Shown: positions 19,883 through 30,375, counted from the stretch's first letter. The stretch is 64,000 nt of DNA from Candidatus Bathyarchaeota archaeon (GCA_963811105.1 CAWEPZ010000011.1:384001-448000); one strand, 5' to 3'. The notes: generated by a model not told the origin, from the sequence alone. Numbers and translations: made by a program.

Positions 19883-20326
19883 ATGAAAAGAATAATAGCA
19901 AACCAAGAAGCATGTATGGGCTGCGGCCTCTGCGAAGTCTACTGCATTGTGCAACATTCAAAATCGAAAGATATTGTTAAAGCCTACAATAGCGAACGCC
20001 CCAAACCTATAAGCCGAGTTACAGTAGAACTAAACAAGCCTGTTTCCTTTGCAATCCAATGCCGCCATTGTGAAGACGCACCGTGCGTAACAGCCTGCTT
20101 GTCTGGTGCCATGCAAAAAGATGAAAAAACAGGTTTGGTAACCCATAACAAAGAAAGATGCATGGGCTGCTGGACCTGTATCATGGTTTGTCCATACGGT
20201 GCCATAAAAATGGACAAAGATAACAAAGTGGTAACTAAGTGTGACTTGTGCCAAGGCTTTGATGAGCCGGCATGCGTTGCTAACTGTCCCAATCAAGCTT
20301 TGGTTTTCAAAGAGGTGAAATCCTAA
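19883..20326 (+). CDS. 4x[4Fe-4S] ferredoxin-like electron transfer subunit (CooF/DmsB-like)
   Basis: CxxCxxCxxxC, CRHCEDAPCVTAC, CMGCWTCIMVCP and KCDLC...CVANCP. Confidence 0.93.
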   Translation: MKRIIANQEACMGCGLCEVYCIVQHSKSKDIVKAYNSERPKPISRVTVELNKPVSFAIQCRHCEDAPCVTACLSGAMQKDEKTGLVTHNKERCMGCWTCIMVCPYGAIKMDKDNKVVTKCDLCQGFDEPACVANCPNQALVFKEVKS

Positions 20327-21607
20327 ATGGCAAAGTACGTTATTGTTGGCGCTTCAGCGGCAGGCATAGGCGCAGTTGAAGCTATCCGAGAAGTTGACCC
20401 AGTTGGAACCTTAACCATAATCTCGGAGGAACCATGCCCCCAGTACAGCCGTCCAATGATCAGTGACTTTGTCAGCGGCAAAGCAGACTTTCAAAAAATG
20501 AAGTTTCGAACCGACGAATTCTGGAAAGAAAACAATGTTGAAGCTTTAACAGGCAAAAAAGCAACCGCGCTAAACCTCAATGAGAAATCAATTCAACTTG
20601 AAAGTGGAGAAAAAGTCTCATACGAAAAATTGTTAATTGCCACAGGTGGTAAACCTTTCATTCCAAAGATGGAAGGCTCCGAGAAAGATGGCTTATTCAC
20701 CTTTACTACTATGAAAGACGCCCAATCACTGGCAGCTAAAATCAGCAACATAAACGCTAAGACGGCAGTCGTTATAGGCGCAGGACTTATCGGCATAAGC
20801 GTGACTGAAGCGCTGGTTAAGCTCGGTTTAAAAGTTACGATTGTCGAATTGCAGGATAAAATTCTGAGCTTGCTGTTGGATGCCCAAGCTTCTGACCTTG
20901 TGGAGGCGGTTATTAAGAAAGCAGGCGTTAGCATCGTCACCGGTCAGTCCGTGCAGAAAATCATAGGCAAACCATGCAACGATGGTGCTGTTGGCGGAGT
21001 TATTTTAACCAAGGGTGAGCAGGTTCTATGCGACCTTGTAGTTGTGGCGATTGGTGTTGTTCCACGAACTGAATTGGTCATTGGAACAATGATCAAAACT
21101 AACCGAGGAATAATAGTAGACAACCTAATGCAAACAAATGTACCTGAAGTTTACGCTAGCGGTGACGTAGCTGAGGCATACGACTTCATCACGAATCAGA
21201 ATCGTCTCTTGCCGCTTTGGCCTTTGGCAGTTTTGGAGGGTCAAATTGCAGGCTATAATATGGCAGGAAAGAAAACCACTTATGGGGGCGGCACAAACAT
21301 GAGTAGCCTCAAGTACTTTGGCATTCCAATCGTTTCAATAGGTTTAGCTAACCCAAAGGAAGACCCTACATTGGAAGTGATTGTTCAACATTATGCAGAG
21401 CGCAATGTGTACAAGAAAATTGTCCTAAAAAACAATGTCATCGTAGGTTTGACGCTCATAAATTGCATTGAACGAGCAGGCGTTCTGTTCTATCTGATGA
21501 AGAATGCAATAAACGTGAAGAAGTTTAAACAAAAACTTCTCGCAGATGACTTTGGCTTAGCAACATTGCCGGCTAGTTTACAAAAAAAAATGGATGTGGT
21601 GCAATAA
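20327..21607 (+). CDS. FAD-dependent NAD(P)H oxidoreductase
   Basis: IVGASAAG, LIATGG, IGAGLIG and VYASGD motifs. Confidence 0.92.
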   Translation: MAKYVIVGASAAGIGAVEAIREVDPVGTLTIISEEPCPQYSRPMISDFVSGKADFQKMKFRTDEFWKENNVEALTGKKATALNLNEKSIQLESGEKVSYEKLLIATGGKPFIPKMEGSEKDGLFTFTTMKDAQSLAAKISNINAKTAVVIGAGLIGISVTEALVKLGLKVTIVELQDKILSLLLDAQASDLVEAVIKKAGVSIVTGQSVQKIIGKPCNDGAVGGVILTKGEQVLCDLVVVAIGVVPRTELVIGTMIKTNRGIIVDNLMQTNVPEVYASGDVAEAYDFITNQNRLLPLWPLAVLEGQIAGYNMAGKKTTYGGGTNMSSLKYFGIPIVSIGLANPKEDPTLEVIVQHYAERNVYKKIVLKNNVIVGLTLINCIERAGVLFYLMKNAINVKKFKQKLLADDFGLATLPASLQKKMDVVQ

Positions 21608-21608
21608 G

Positions 21609-22748
21609 ATGAACGCTGAAGACAAAAAAATAATTAACCCGTTTGGCGACGACAAGGATTTTTCAGGCTGTGCCCTTTTCGGAATGATGAATACAGACGG
21701 TAATCGTTTCAGCTCTAAAGATCCCGTTCGCGCAATAACTAACATGCATGACCGCGGTAACGGTTTAGGCGGCGGCTTTGCAGTTTACGGTATTTATCCA
21801 GATTTCAAAGAGCATTATGCTTTTCACATAATGTACCTAAGCAAAGACGCTAAAGAAAAGACCGATCGTATACTCGCTTCAAAATTTGACACAATTTACG
21901 ATGAAGAAATGCAGACAAAACCAGCCAATGTCCACAACCCTCCGTTAGTTTGGCGGTACTTTGTTCAACCCAAAAAGCTTAGACCTGAAAATCAAACAGA
22001 AGAAGACTATGTAATAGAAGCTATAATGCGAATCAACACCGAAACAGGAAAGGCATTTGTCTTCTCAAGCGGCAAGAACATGGGCGTTTTCAAAGGCGTC
22101 GGCTTTCCAGAAGACGTCGCAGATTTCTTCTGCCTAGAAGACTATCAAGGTTACCTTTGGTCATGCCACAGCAGGTTCCCCACGAACACTCCCGGTTGGT
22201 GGGGCGGGGCACATCCATTCAACATATTGGACTGGACAGTTGTGCATAACGGCGAACTGTCATCTTATGGCATAAACCGCCGCTACTTGGAAATGTACGG
22301 TTACAAATGCACAATGCAAACGGACACTGAGGTGTTGGCATATGCTGTTGATTTGCTTATGCGAAGACAAAACTTGCCCATAGAAGTGGTAACCCAAATT
22401 CTCGCTGCACCATTATGGAGTGAAATAGACAGAATGGAACCCAAAAAAGCGCAAGTCCTAAGAACTCTACGTCAAACCTATGGCAGTTTACTGATGAATG
22501 GACCTTTTAGCATAATTATTGCTCACCACGGGGAAATGATAGGCTTAACTGATAGAATCAAACTACGCCCGCTTGTGTCGGGCACAAATGGCGACTTTGT
22601 CTACCTATCTTCAGAAGAATCAGCCATGCGTCTAGTTTCACCTAATTTGGACAAGTTTTGGGCCCCTAGAGGCGGAGAACCAGTTGTGGTTAGACTTAAA
22701 AACAGTCCTCAAGACGTTGAGATTTCAGCAGGAGGAAAAAGCCATTGA
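21609..22748 (+). CDS. Glutamate synthase, class II amidotransferase subunit (GltB1)
   Basis: SGCALFG, DRGNGLGGG, HSRFPTNT, HPF, HNGE and DTEV; ATG at 21609. Confidence 0.9.
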   Translation: MNAEDKKIINPFGDDKDFSGCALFGMMNTDGNRFSSKDPVRAITNMHDRGNGLGGGFAVYGIYPDFKEHYAFHIMYLSKDAKEKTDRILASKFDTIYDEEMQTKPANVHNPPLVWRYFVQPKKLRPENQTEEDYVIEAIMRINTETGKAFVFSSGKNMGVFKGVGFPEDVADFFCLEDYQGYLWSCHSRFPTNTPGWWGGAHPFNILDWTVVHNGELSSYGINRRYLEMYGYKCTMQTDTEVLAYAVDLLMRRQNLPIEVVTQILAAPLWSEIDRMEPKKAQVLRTLRQTYGSLLMNGPFSIIIAHHGEMIGLTDRIKLRPLVSGTNGDFVYLSSEESAMRLVSPNLDKFWAPRGGEPVVVRLKNSPQDVEISAGGKSH

Positions 22749-24256
22749 AAACTTACGTGATTCCTGAATATTTAGTTGAACGCGACGAAAAACGTTGCAT
22801 ACGCTGCAAAGTATGTGTTAACCAATGTACATATGAGACACATTACTATGATGCTGAAACGGATACTGTCTGCAGTAAGGACGAGAACTGTGTTAACTGC
22901 CAACGCTGTGTCACTTTCTGCCCAACCAATGCAATTACGATAAGAAAGAACCCAAATGCCAGCCGAGAGAATGCCAACTGGACGTTTGAAGCCATTCGAG
23001 ATGTGAAAAAACAAGCTGAAAACGGCGCGGTTATCTTAACGGGGATGGGCTGTGACAAAATAGGCTATACTTACTGGGATCGACTTCTCCTTAACGCCAG
23101 CCAAGTAACTAACCCATCAATCGACCCTCTTCGAGAACCGATGGAAATCAGAACTTATCTTGGCACGAAACCTGACAAACTTGAAATAGAAATAGAAAAC
23201 GGCAAAACAATCTTGAAGACACAGCTTACTCCTCAGCTTTGCCTTGATACACCTATCATGTTTTCAGCTATGTCCTATGGCGCCATAAGCTTAAACGTAC
23301 ATGAATCCTTAGCTAGAGCGGCAACCGAATGCGGCACTTACTTTAACACTGGCGAAGGCGGCTTAGACCAAAGCCTGTACAAATATGGCGCTCATACGAT
23401 TGTTCAAGTTGCATCTGGGCGGTTCGGTGTCCACCCAAAATATTTGGATGTTGCGGCCGCTATTGAAATCAAAATTGGTCAAGGTGCAAAACCAGGCATA
23501 GGCGGACACTTGCCAGGCGAAAAAGTAACTGAAAATATTGCTAAAACACGCATGATTCCAGAAGGTACAGATGCACTTTCACCTTACCCGCAACATGATA
23601 TTTACTCAATCGAAGACTTGCGGCAGCTGATTTATGCGCTTAAAGAAGCCACAAACTACTCTAAGCCTATTTTAGTAAAAATCGCGGCAGTTCACAACGC
23701 GGCAGCGATTGCCAGCGGTATGGTACGGGCTGGAGCAGACATAATTGCTCTTGACGGTGTTAGAGGCGCAACAGGCGCAGCACCTAAAACCATCAGAGAC
23801 AACGTTGGCATACCCATCGAGCTTGCACTTGCACAAGTGGATCAGCGTCTCCGAGAAGAAGGCATACGCAATCAGGCTTCAGTGGTTGTTGCAGGCGGCA
23901 TCAGAAGCAGCGCGGACGTATTCAAAGCCATAGCATTGGGTGCTGACGCCGTGTACATTGGAACGGCTGCTTTGATAGCTATTGGCTGCACCGTTTGCCA
24001 AAAATGCTACACTGGCAAATGCCCATGGGGTATCGCTACAAGCGATTCATGGATTAGCAAACGCGTCAACCCCGATATCGCATCAAGACGCCTCGTGAAT
24101 TTACTGCAGAGCTGGAGCGTAGAGATTAAGGATATGATGGGCGGTATGGGCATAAACGCCATTGAAAGCCTCCGAGGCAACAGACTGGCACTGCGAGCCG
24201 TTGGCATGAACAGAACGGAACTTGACATTTTGGGTGTTAAAATGGCGGGAGAGTAA
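22745..24256 (+). CDS. gltB: Glutamate synthase FMN subunit with N-terminal ferredoxin (GltB2)
   Basis: AMSYGA, NTGEGG, QVASGRFGV, KIGQGAKPGIGGHLPG, CTVCQKCYTGKCP. Confidence 0.95.
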   Translation: MKTYVIPEYLVERDEKRCIRCKVCVNQCTYETHYYDAETDTVCSKDENCVNCQRCVTFCPTNAITIRKNPNASRENANWTFEAIRDVKKQAENGAVILTGMGCDKIGYTYWDRLLLNASQVTNPSIDPLREPMEIRTYLGTKPDKLEIEIENGKTILKTQLTPQLCLDTPIMFSAMSYGAISLNVHESLARAATECGTYFNTGEGGLDQSLYKYGAHTIVQVASGRFGVHPKYLDVAAAIEIKIGQGAKPGIGGHLPGEKVTENIAKTRMIPEGTDALSPYPQHDIYSIEDLRQLIYALKEATNYSKPILVKIAAVHNAAAIASGMVRAGADIIALDGVRGATGAAPKTIRDNVGIPIELALAQVDQRLREEGIRNQASVVVAGGIRSSADVFKAIALGADAVYIGTAALIAIGCTVCQKCYTGKCPWGIATSDSWISKRVNPDIASRRLVNLLQSWSVEIKDMMGGMGINAIESLRGNRLALRAVGMNRTELDILGVKMAGE

Positions 24257-24261
24257 AAAAA

Positions 24262-25068
24262 ATGTTACAAAAGCCTGATACCAAAGATGAAATTGATCAA
24301 AAATACCTTCAATACATTACCAGAGAGGACAATGTGCTAAAAGTCAATGCTGAAGGACTTCACTACAAAGAACTAAACGCCATGCTAAGACAGGCAATTT
24401 GCGCCAACGAGATAGAGCGAATAGACGTACACAATGTTTGCGGACAACGATATCTCGGAACAGACCTTGATACAATCATTCAAATAAACATTTATGGGAC
24501 TCCTGGAAATGACCTTGGAGCCTTCATGAACGGACCAAAAATAGTGATATATGGCAACGCTCAAGACGGCTCGGGCAACACCATGAACGAAGGACAAATA
24601 ATTATCAACGGACACGCGGGAGACGTAACTGGAAATTCAATGCGGGGCGGAAAAATCTTTGTCCGAGACTACGTGGGCTACAGAGTCGGAATCCACATGA
24701 AAGAATACCAACACAAAATCCCACAGATAATCATCGGTCAAACGGCAGGCGACTTTTTGGCGGAGTACATGGCAGGAGGAATCATACTAATCCTCGGCTT
24801 AAACCTCAAAGAAGGCGAAAGATGCAAAGCCCGCTTTGTCGGCACAGGCATGCATGGTGGCGTCATCTTTGAACGAGGCGAAATTCTGGAACCAGTAAAC
24901 GGGACTAAAGTGATGAAAGTCGGTAAACATGACCTTAAAACAATTGAAACTCTTGTCAATGAATACTGCCTCCACTTTGGTGCTGATCCCACAGAAATCT
25001 TGACCGGAAAATTCAAGAAGATACTGCCAATCTCTAAAAGACCTTATGAGAAGCTCTTCTCACACTAA
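24262..25068 (+). CDS. Glutamate synthase GXGXG subunit (GltB3)
   Basis: GQRYLG, GNDLGAFM, GDFLAEYMAGG, GTGMHGG. Confidence 0.92.
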   Translation: MLQKPDTKDEIDQKYLQYITREDNVLKVNAEGLHYKELNAMLRQAICANEIERIDVHNVCGQRYLGTDLDTIIQINIYGTPGNDLGAFMNGPKIVIYGNAQDGSGNTMNEGQIIINGHAGDVTGNSMRGGKIFVRDYVGYRVGIHMKEYQHKIPQIIIGQTAGDFLAEYMAGGIILILGLNLKEGERCKARFVGTGMHGGVIFERGEILEPVNGTKVMKVGKHDLKTIETLVNEYCLHFGADPTEILTGKFKKILPISKRPYEKLFSH

Positions 25069-25280
25069 ACTATTTTCTAAAAGTTTTTGCAAGTATTTAG
25101 TTTTAACATTTTGCTAGGCCCTAACCGTATCAAAACATGTTATTTAGGATCCAGCGCTATTTCCGAAATGAAGTCTATTATTCAAACTCCGACACAAACA
25201 ACCTCGAAATTTGCACTAATTTGAATTTCTAGAGCATTTTTCTGAAACTAACACTTTGAGTTGGCGGCTAAACAGCTCGC

Positions 25281-25350
25281 CTTTTCAAACAATTTCACAC
25301 AATTTAGCACAAATCCACACAAATAAGCACGTGCAAATAATTCAAGCTCA
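25281..25350. repeat. 10-bp-period degenerate tandem repeat
   Basis: aatttcacac/aatttagcac/aaatccacac/aaataagcac (25291-25330). Confidence 0.65.
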
Positions 25351-25539
25351 ATTTCAAAAAAATCAATCCGAAACACCTTAATTATAAAAGGGCAACACGA
25401 CTGTAGTTGCTCTTCCAAAGAGACAATCACAACAAACATCGAAGCTAAATTACTCTCAAGCTCTTAATTTCTTAAAGTAAAATACCAAATTAATTGCTTT
25501 CGAAATAAAAAGAAAAGAATGGGGTTTTGTTTTTTAGGT

Positions 25540-28107
25540 TTATTGTCGTTTTCTAAGCATTAATACGCCGACGATGGCGATTGCAATTATTATAGCGATT
25601 ACTCCAGCGACAATGTAGGTCATTAGATCCGTTGTAGTTGCTAGATTGAGAGGTGAAACTGTTGGTGTTGATGTTGTAGTTGTTGTTGCTGCTACCACTG
25701 TTGCGTAGGTTGTTGCAAAAGAGCTGCCGTAAGAGTCGTCACCTGCAAATGTTGCTGTAACCTTGTAGTTACCTGCAACGGTGGGAGCCCAAGTATATGC
25801 GAATGTACCGCTGTAGCCCTCAGAAGTCACTGTTATTATATGAACTGGATTGCCGTTTGGATCAATTGCATCTATGGATACTGGAACGCCGTCTATGGTT
25901 ATGTTGTGGTAGATTCCATCGATGGGCATTTGCCAGTGTAGGTATTCCATTTGTGTGGTCATTGAATCTTTAGAGACACAAGGTGTTCCGGGTTGGCCTG
26001 GAGACTTATCAAGCACTGAACCTTTTATAACAAGGCCGCTTCCAACAGGCACTGTGACGTCTGGTGAAGTTATTGTGGTTTGGCTTAACCCTTTGCCGAC
26101 AATATATTCTATGCAGTCATATGCGTTTGAATAGGCTAGGTACCCGTCGGATATAGCGCCTTGGAATACTCTTGAGCCGTCAGTGGAGCCTGTTTGAGTG
26201 TCTGGTAATTGCCAAATGTTTTCGCCATTTGTCATGTTGATTGCGTGTATGCACCAGCCTCGTTTGATAGGTTCGTCTGCTGAGTGTTCAGCGTTCGTTG
26301 TGTAGTAGACTCCGTCTGCGATCATGCCGCAAGTGTGCCATGGATTCACTGTCATGTTACCGTTTGTGTAGGGTGTTTCATATGGCGAAGCTGCAGGGTC
26401 AGCGTATGACCAAACAACTTTTCCAGTAGTCCAGTTAAGCGCTGTCACTGAGTCGAATTGGTTTGACATTATCATGCCGCCGTATGAGCATGAGCCATAG
26501 GTTCCAAAGGTTCCCCAAGGTTCACTAGATATTTCACTTACCCATAGAGCTTGTCCAGTTAGCATATTCCAGCAGTGCCAGTGGCCATCATTGTAGCGTT
26601 GAGCAAATAATCCGTGATCAGCTTGTGCTGGTGTTCCTTCGGTAGCGTAGGGTATTCCGGTTGTGACGTTGGCAACCATTTGTCCTGTTGTGAGGCTGTA
26701 AGAGGTTATGACTGCGGCATTGGCGCTAACAGCTATTCCAGCTTGGAAATCAATAGTAGTAGTCGGAAGACTGCTTATGGGCCAAGTTATGTTACTTATT
26801 ATCCTAGGACTTAATGTGGTATCGGTACCTCGAGTAGTCCAATTAACCAAGCGGTAACGTTGAGAACCTGCAGCAGAACCCATGTCATACACGCTTAGAG
26901 CGTATGGATCAGCGTAGAATAGGCCAGTCGATAAGGGAGCAATTGAGCTGTTTGTCACAATGGCACCCGTATAAGGATCATATTTTATCAACAAGCCATT
27001 GCCTATGAAGACAAGATAAACTGTGTACAAGTGTGGTTGTGCACCGACAATTTCAGGGATGCCAGGATCATAAGTAATCATAGTTGGTGGATATTGAACT
27101 GGGTAACGGTCCCAATAGATTTGTCCGGTTCGTATGTCGTAGCATTCCCAAACGCTTGTTGCATTTCCATCCACCACTTTGGTAGTAGTCCAGTATGCTC
27201 TGCCAGAATAGATTATAGTTGGATGACCGTAAATTACTTGTGCGCTCGCCCAGATGGTGTTTGTGCCCATGCTTCCTCCAATCAAACCGCCGATGTTATA
27301 GGGTTGTTTCCAAACTACGTGTGCAGATTTTGGTCCTTGAACATAAGGCTCATAGCCATATCGAAGTAGCGCATAGTTATTTGTGTCCGCTGGCCAAGTG
27401 GAACCGCCTCCAACTACGCCGGTACCTGGGTAGTTGCCTAGAATTGGCCACCATTCACGGTTCATTGTAGTTGCAGGTCGCGTCCAGTAGTCAGTTGGCA
27501 ATGGTGATCCAGGCCATGAAAGTACTGGCTGACCTTGAACAGTAAGACCATATGGACCATCAGAGCTAGGCTGGTAGTATGTCGAAGGCAAATTTTGTGC
27601 TGCTCCGAATCCGCTTGGTACGTAAGATGGGATTGCTGCAACGTTAGGGTAGTTTACTCCATTGTAGTAGGTTCCATTAGGGAAATACTGTCCGAGAAAG
27701 TCTAGTTTGATTGTCCACTGCCCAACTTGATCAGGCGTGTATTCAACCCATGCAGTTGTGTCAGCTACGTAGGAGTCTTTAACAATAACGTCTTGACTTC
27801 CGTCTGGCTTAGTAATTGTCACTTTATAAGCTTGGAAAAACTGGTAGTTGGCAGCCAGAGTTGTAGCTTCTATCCACATGTTTATCAGAATTGGTTGGCC
27901 AATGCCTACGATTCTTGGTCTAAAGCTTACGTGAGCAATTGTTGTAGGCGTTATGCTGGCAGTAGTGCCGTTGGGTATCGATACTGTTGGTTGTTGCGAG
28001 GCAGCTTGAGCTTTAACAGGTTCATTAGCAAGTATAACTAAAGCAGAAGATATCAAAAGAGCAATAACGAATATACTGAATATTTTGGTGCTTATTTGAA
28101 TTTTCAA
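25540..28107 (-). CDS. Cell-surface PQQ-like beta-propeller protein with Ig-like domains
   Basis: Signal peptide; repeated TG..(L/V/I)W blades; Thr-rich linker; C-terminal TM + RKRQ. Confidence 0.85.
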   Translation of the reverse strand: MKIQISTKIFSIFVIALLISSALVILANEPVKAQAASQQPTVSIPNGTTASITPTTIAHVSFRPRIVGIGQPILINMWIEATTLAANYQFFQAYKVTITKPDGSQDVIVKDSYVADTTAWVEYTPDQVGQWTIKLDFLGQYFPNGTYYNGVNYPNVAAIPSYVPSGFGAAQNLPSTYYQPSSDGPYGLTVQGQPVLSWPGSPLPTDYWTRPATTMNREWWPILGNYPGTGVVGGGSTWPADTNNYALLRYGYEPYVQGPKSAHVVWKQPYNIGGLIGGSMGTNTIWASAQVIYGHPTIIYSGRAYWTTTKVVDGNATSVWECYDIRTGQIYWDRYPVQYPPTMITYDPGIPEIVGAQPHLYTVYLVFIGNGLLIKYDPYTGAIVTNSSIAPLSTGLFYADPYALSVYDMGSAAGSQRYRLVNWTTRGTDTTLSPRIISNITWPISSLPTTTIDFQAGIAVSANAAVITSYSLTTGQMVANVTTGIPYATEGTPAQADHGLFAQRYNDGHWHCWNMLTGQALWVSEISSEPWGTFGTYGSCSYGGMIMSNQFDSVTALNWTTGKVVWSYADPAASPYETPYTNGNMTVNPWHTCGMIADGVYYTTNAEHSADEPIKRGWCIHAINMTNGENIWQLPDTQTGSTDGSRVFQGAISDGYLAYSNAYDCIEYIVGKGLSQTTITSPDVTVPVGSGLVIKGSVLDKSPGQPGTPCVSKDSMTTQMEYLHWQMPIDGIYHNITIDGVPVSIDAIDPNGNPVHIITVTSEGYSGTFAYTWAPTVAGNYKVTATFAGDDSYGSSFATTYATVVAATTTTTSTPTVSPLNLATTTDLMTYIVAGVIAIIIAIAIVGVLMLRKRQ

Positions 28108-28345
28108 GTTCTTTTCTCCTAAATTTTTATGAGCGTAGCGTAACGAGCATTTGGCTTATATGTTTTTTCTTACAAAAACCATAATCGCTCCATTCATGCT
28201 ATCAAGCAGCTCTAAAGTTTAACAACCATCTTCTTTTGCTATCCTCGTCCTACTGCTTAATTTAAGCACCTTGCAATGATACAATTGTAAGTTTTTATTC
28301 AAGCTTAGCATCAACGTATAGGATATCAGAGAGGGAACTGCGAGT

Positions 28346-29521
28346 TTGAATGGGAAGCCGCTCGCCAGCATAGTTAGTGCTGGAATGTCCAAGTTCGGCA
28401 AGCATGATGGTTTACTTGCAAGAGAAATCTTTTCCCAAGCAGCTAAAGAAGCGTTCAGCCGCTGCCCTAAACTTGACCCAAAAAAAGACATCAAAGCCAT
28501 GTTTATCGGACACATGGGCGAAGCCTATGAACATCAGGGTCATATGGGAGCAGCCGTTGCCGATTGGGCAGGACTCGCTGGCGTTGCAGCTACGCGCACG
28601 GAGTCTGCTTGTGCTTCTTCAGGCGCTGGGTTACGCGCAGGGATTTATGCTGTTATGTCTGGTTTGGCGGATGTGGTTTTAGTTGGCGGAGTTGAGAAGA
28701 TGACACACCGCACTACAGCTGAGGTTACTGAGTATTTGGCTATGGCGTCGGATTATCCGTTTGAACAGTGGCATGGAATCACTTTTCCAGGTTTATTTGC
28801 AATGATGGCTACCGCTCACATGTATGCTTATGGCACAACAGAGAAGCAGATGGCGTTTGCTGCAGTTAAGAATCATTATCATGGAAGCCTCAATCCGAAG
28901 GCGCACATGCAAAAAGAAATCACTCTTGAAGCCGCTTTGACTTCGAGGTATGTTGCCTGGCCCTTGAAACTCTACGATTGTTCATTGATAACTGACGGCG
29001 CAAGCTGCATAATAATTACTAAACCCGAATTAGCCAGCAAATATACTGACATACCAGTGCAAATAATCGGAAGTGGACAAGCCAGCGACACCATAGGCTT
29101 ATACGAACGCAAAAGCCTCACATCACTTAACGCCACGAAACTTGCGGCAAAATCGGCTTATGAAATGGCAAACGCTAAGCCACAGGACATTGACTTAGCT
29201 GAAGTTCATGACTGTTTCACGTTCGCTGAACTCATGGCCTACGAAGACCTTGGCTTTTGCGCTGAAGGCGAAGGCGGCAAACTGGTTGAAAGCGGCGAAA
29301 CCCGCCTCGGCGGACGCATACCCGTCAACACAAGCGGCGGTTTAAAAGCTAAAGGGCACCCTGTTGGCGCTACAGGCACAGCACAAGCCTACGAAATTTA
29401 TCTGCAGCTCACTGGGCAAGCCGGAAAACGCCAAGTAAAAGATGCAAAAATCGGCTTAACTCATAATGTTGGGGGCTCAGGAGCCACCTCGGCAATTCAC
29501 ATATACAGGAGAGACCAATAA
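28346..29521 (+). CDS. Thiolase (SCP2-type acetyl-CoA acyltransferase)
   Basis: ESACASS, AEVHDCF, GHPVGATG and HNVGG motifs. Confidence 0.94.
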   Translation: MNGKPLASIVSAGMSKFGKHDGLLAREIFSQAAKEAFSRCPKLDPKKDIKAMFIGHMGEAYEHQGHMGAAVADWAGLAGVAATRTESACASSGAGLRAGIYAVMSGLADVVLVGGVEKMTHRTTAEVTEYLAMASDYPFEQWHGITFPGLFAMMATAHMYAYGTTEKQMAFAAVKNHYHGSLNPKAHMQKEITLEAALTSRYVAWPLKLYDCSLITDGASCIIITKPELASKYTDIPVQIIGSGQASDTIGLYERKSLTSLNATKLAAKSAYEMANAKPQDIDLAEVHDCFTFAELMAYEDLGFCAEGEGGKLVESGETRLGGRIPVNTSGGLKAKGHPVGATGTAQAYEIYLQLTGQAGKRQVKDAKIGLTHNVGGSGATSAIHIYRRDQ

Positions 29522-29922
29522 TGAGCAGCCTAGAGCCTTTCACAATTGAGCAGTTCTACAAGTTTCTGGATCAACAAAAACTAATGGCTGGACGATGCCT
29601 CAAATGTGGAAAAATTCATTTGCCTCCAAGGCCCCTTTGCGACAACTGCTTCTCACAAGAATTTGAATGGGTCAACATTTCTGGAATAGGAAAACTTCTC
29701 ACTTACACCGTAATCAGCATTGCACCTCAACAATTCCAAGACCTAACGCCCTACGCTGTCGGAATCGTTCAATTAGAGCACAGCTTGAAAATCCCAGGAA
29801 TGATAAATAATGTGAAGCAGGAGCAGCTGAAAATAGGCATGGAGTTGGCGTTGGATTTCGGCTCTTGCAGCACGACACAAGCGTGGCCACAGTGGCAAAG
29901 ATACTGCTTCAAACCAGTTTAA
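29521..29922 (+). CDS. DUF35 Zn-ribbon/OB-fold protein
   Basis: CLKCG..PPRPLCDNC; YTVI..PYAVGIVQL; coupled to thiolase. Confidence 0.92.
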   Translation: MSSLEPFTIEQFYKFLDQQKLMAGRCLKCGKIHLPPRPLCDNCFSQEFEWVNISGIGKLLTYTVISIAPQQFQDLTPYAVGIVQLEHSLKIPGMINNVKQEQLKIGMELALDFGSCSTTQAWPQWQRYCFKPV

Positions 29923-30156
29923 GAGGATCTTTTCTCCCGCAGGTTGATATGCCTTTTTAACAAAGAATTTCACAATAAATTGAGATATCCTTTATGAATT
30001 AGTCTCATTCTCTCTCTATTTTTAGTAATCAAAAACAGGGTCCTATTCAGATAGTTGTTTTTAGTCGAGTTTCCATTTCTTGCTTTTAGCCTTGTCTATT
30101 ATTTCTTTTTTGCAAATTTTTGAACTGACTGTTTTGAGCTGGGTTTTTTAGTTTAG

Positions 30157-30236
30157 GGTTTTATTTGTTTGCGGGTTGTGTCTAGAAATGTTCCTAATTG
30201 CCCCATATTGTCACCATTTACCCCTAAAGGTTGATA
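30157..30236. repeat. Intergenic element with 10-bp-period core, related to 61530-61620
   Basis: 30157-30186 matches 61530-61559 at 23/30 nt; then aatgttccta/attgccccat/attgtcacca/tttaccccta. Confidence 0.55.
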
Positions 30237-30375
30237 GAAGGTTTTAAAAATGGGTTATTTGATGACTGTATAAGCTTGGATTGATAATGCAACCGAGTAA
30301 TGGCTAAATGCAATCAAGAAAATTTAAAATCACAGCAACATTTTTTGGCAATTCAAACAATGATAGGATTGGAAG

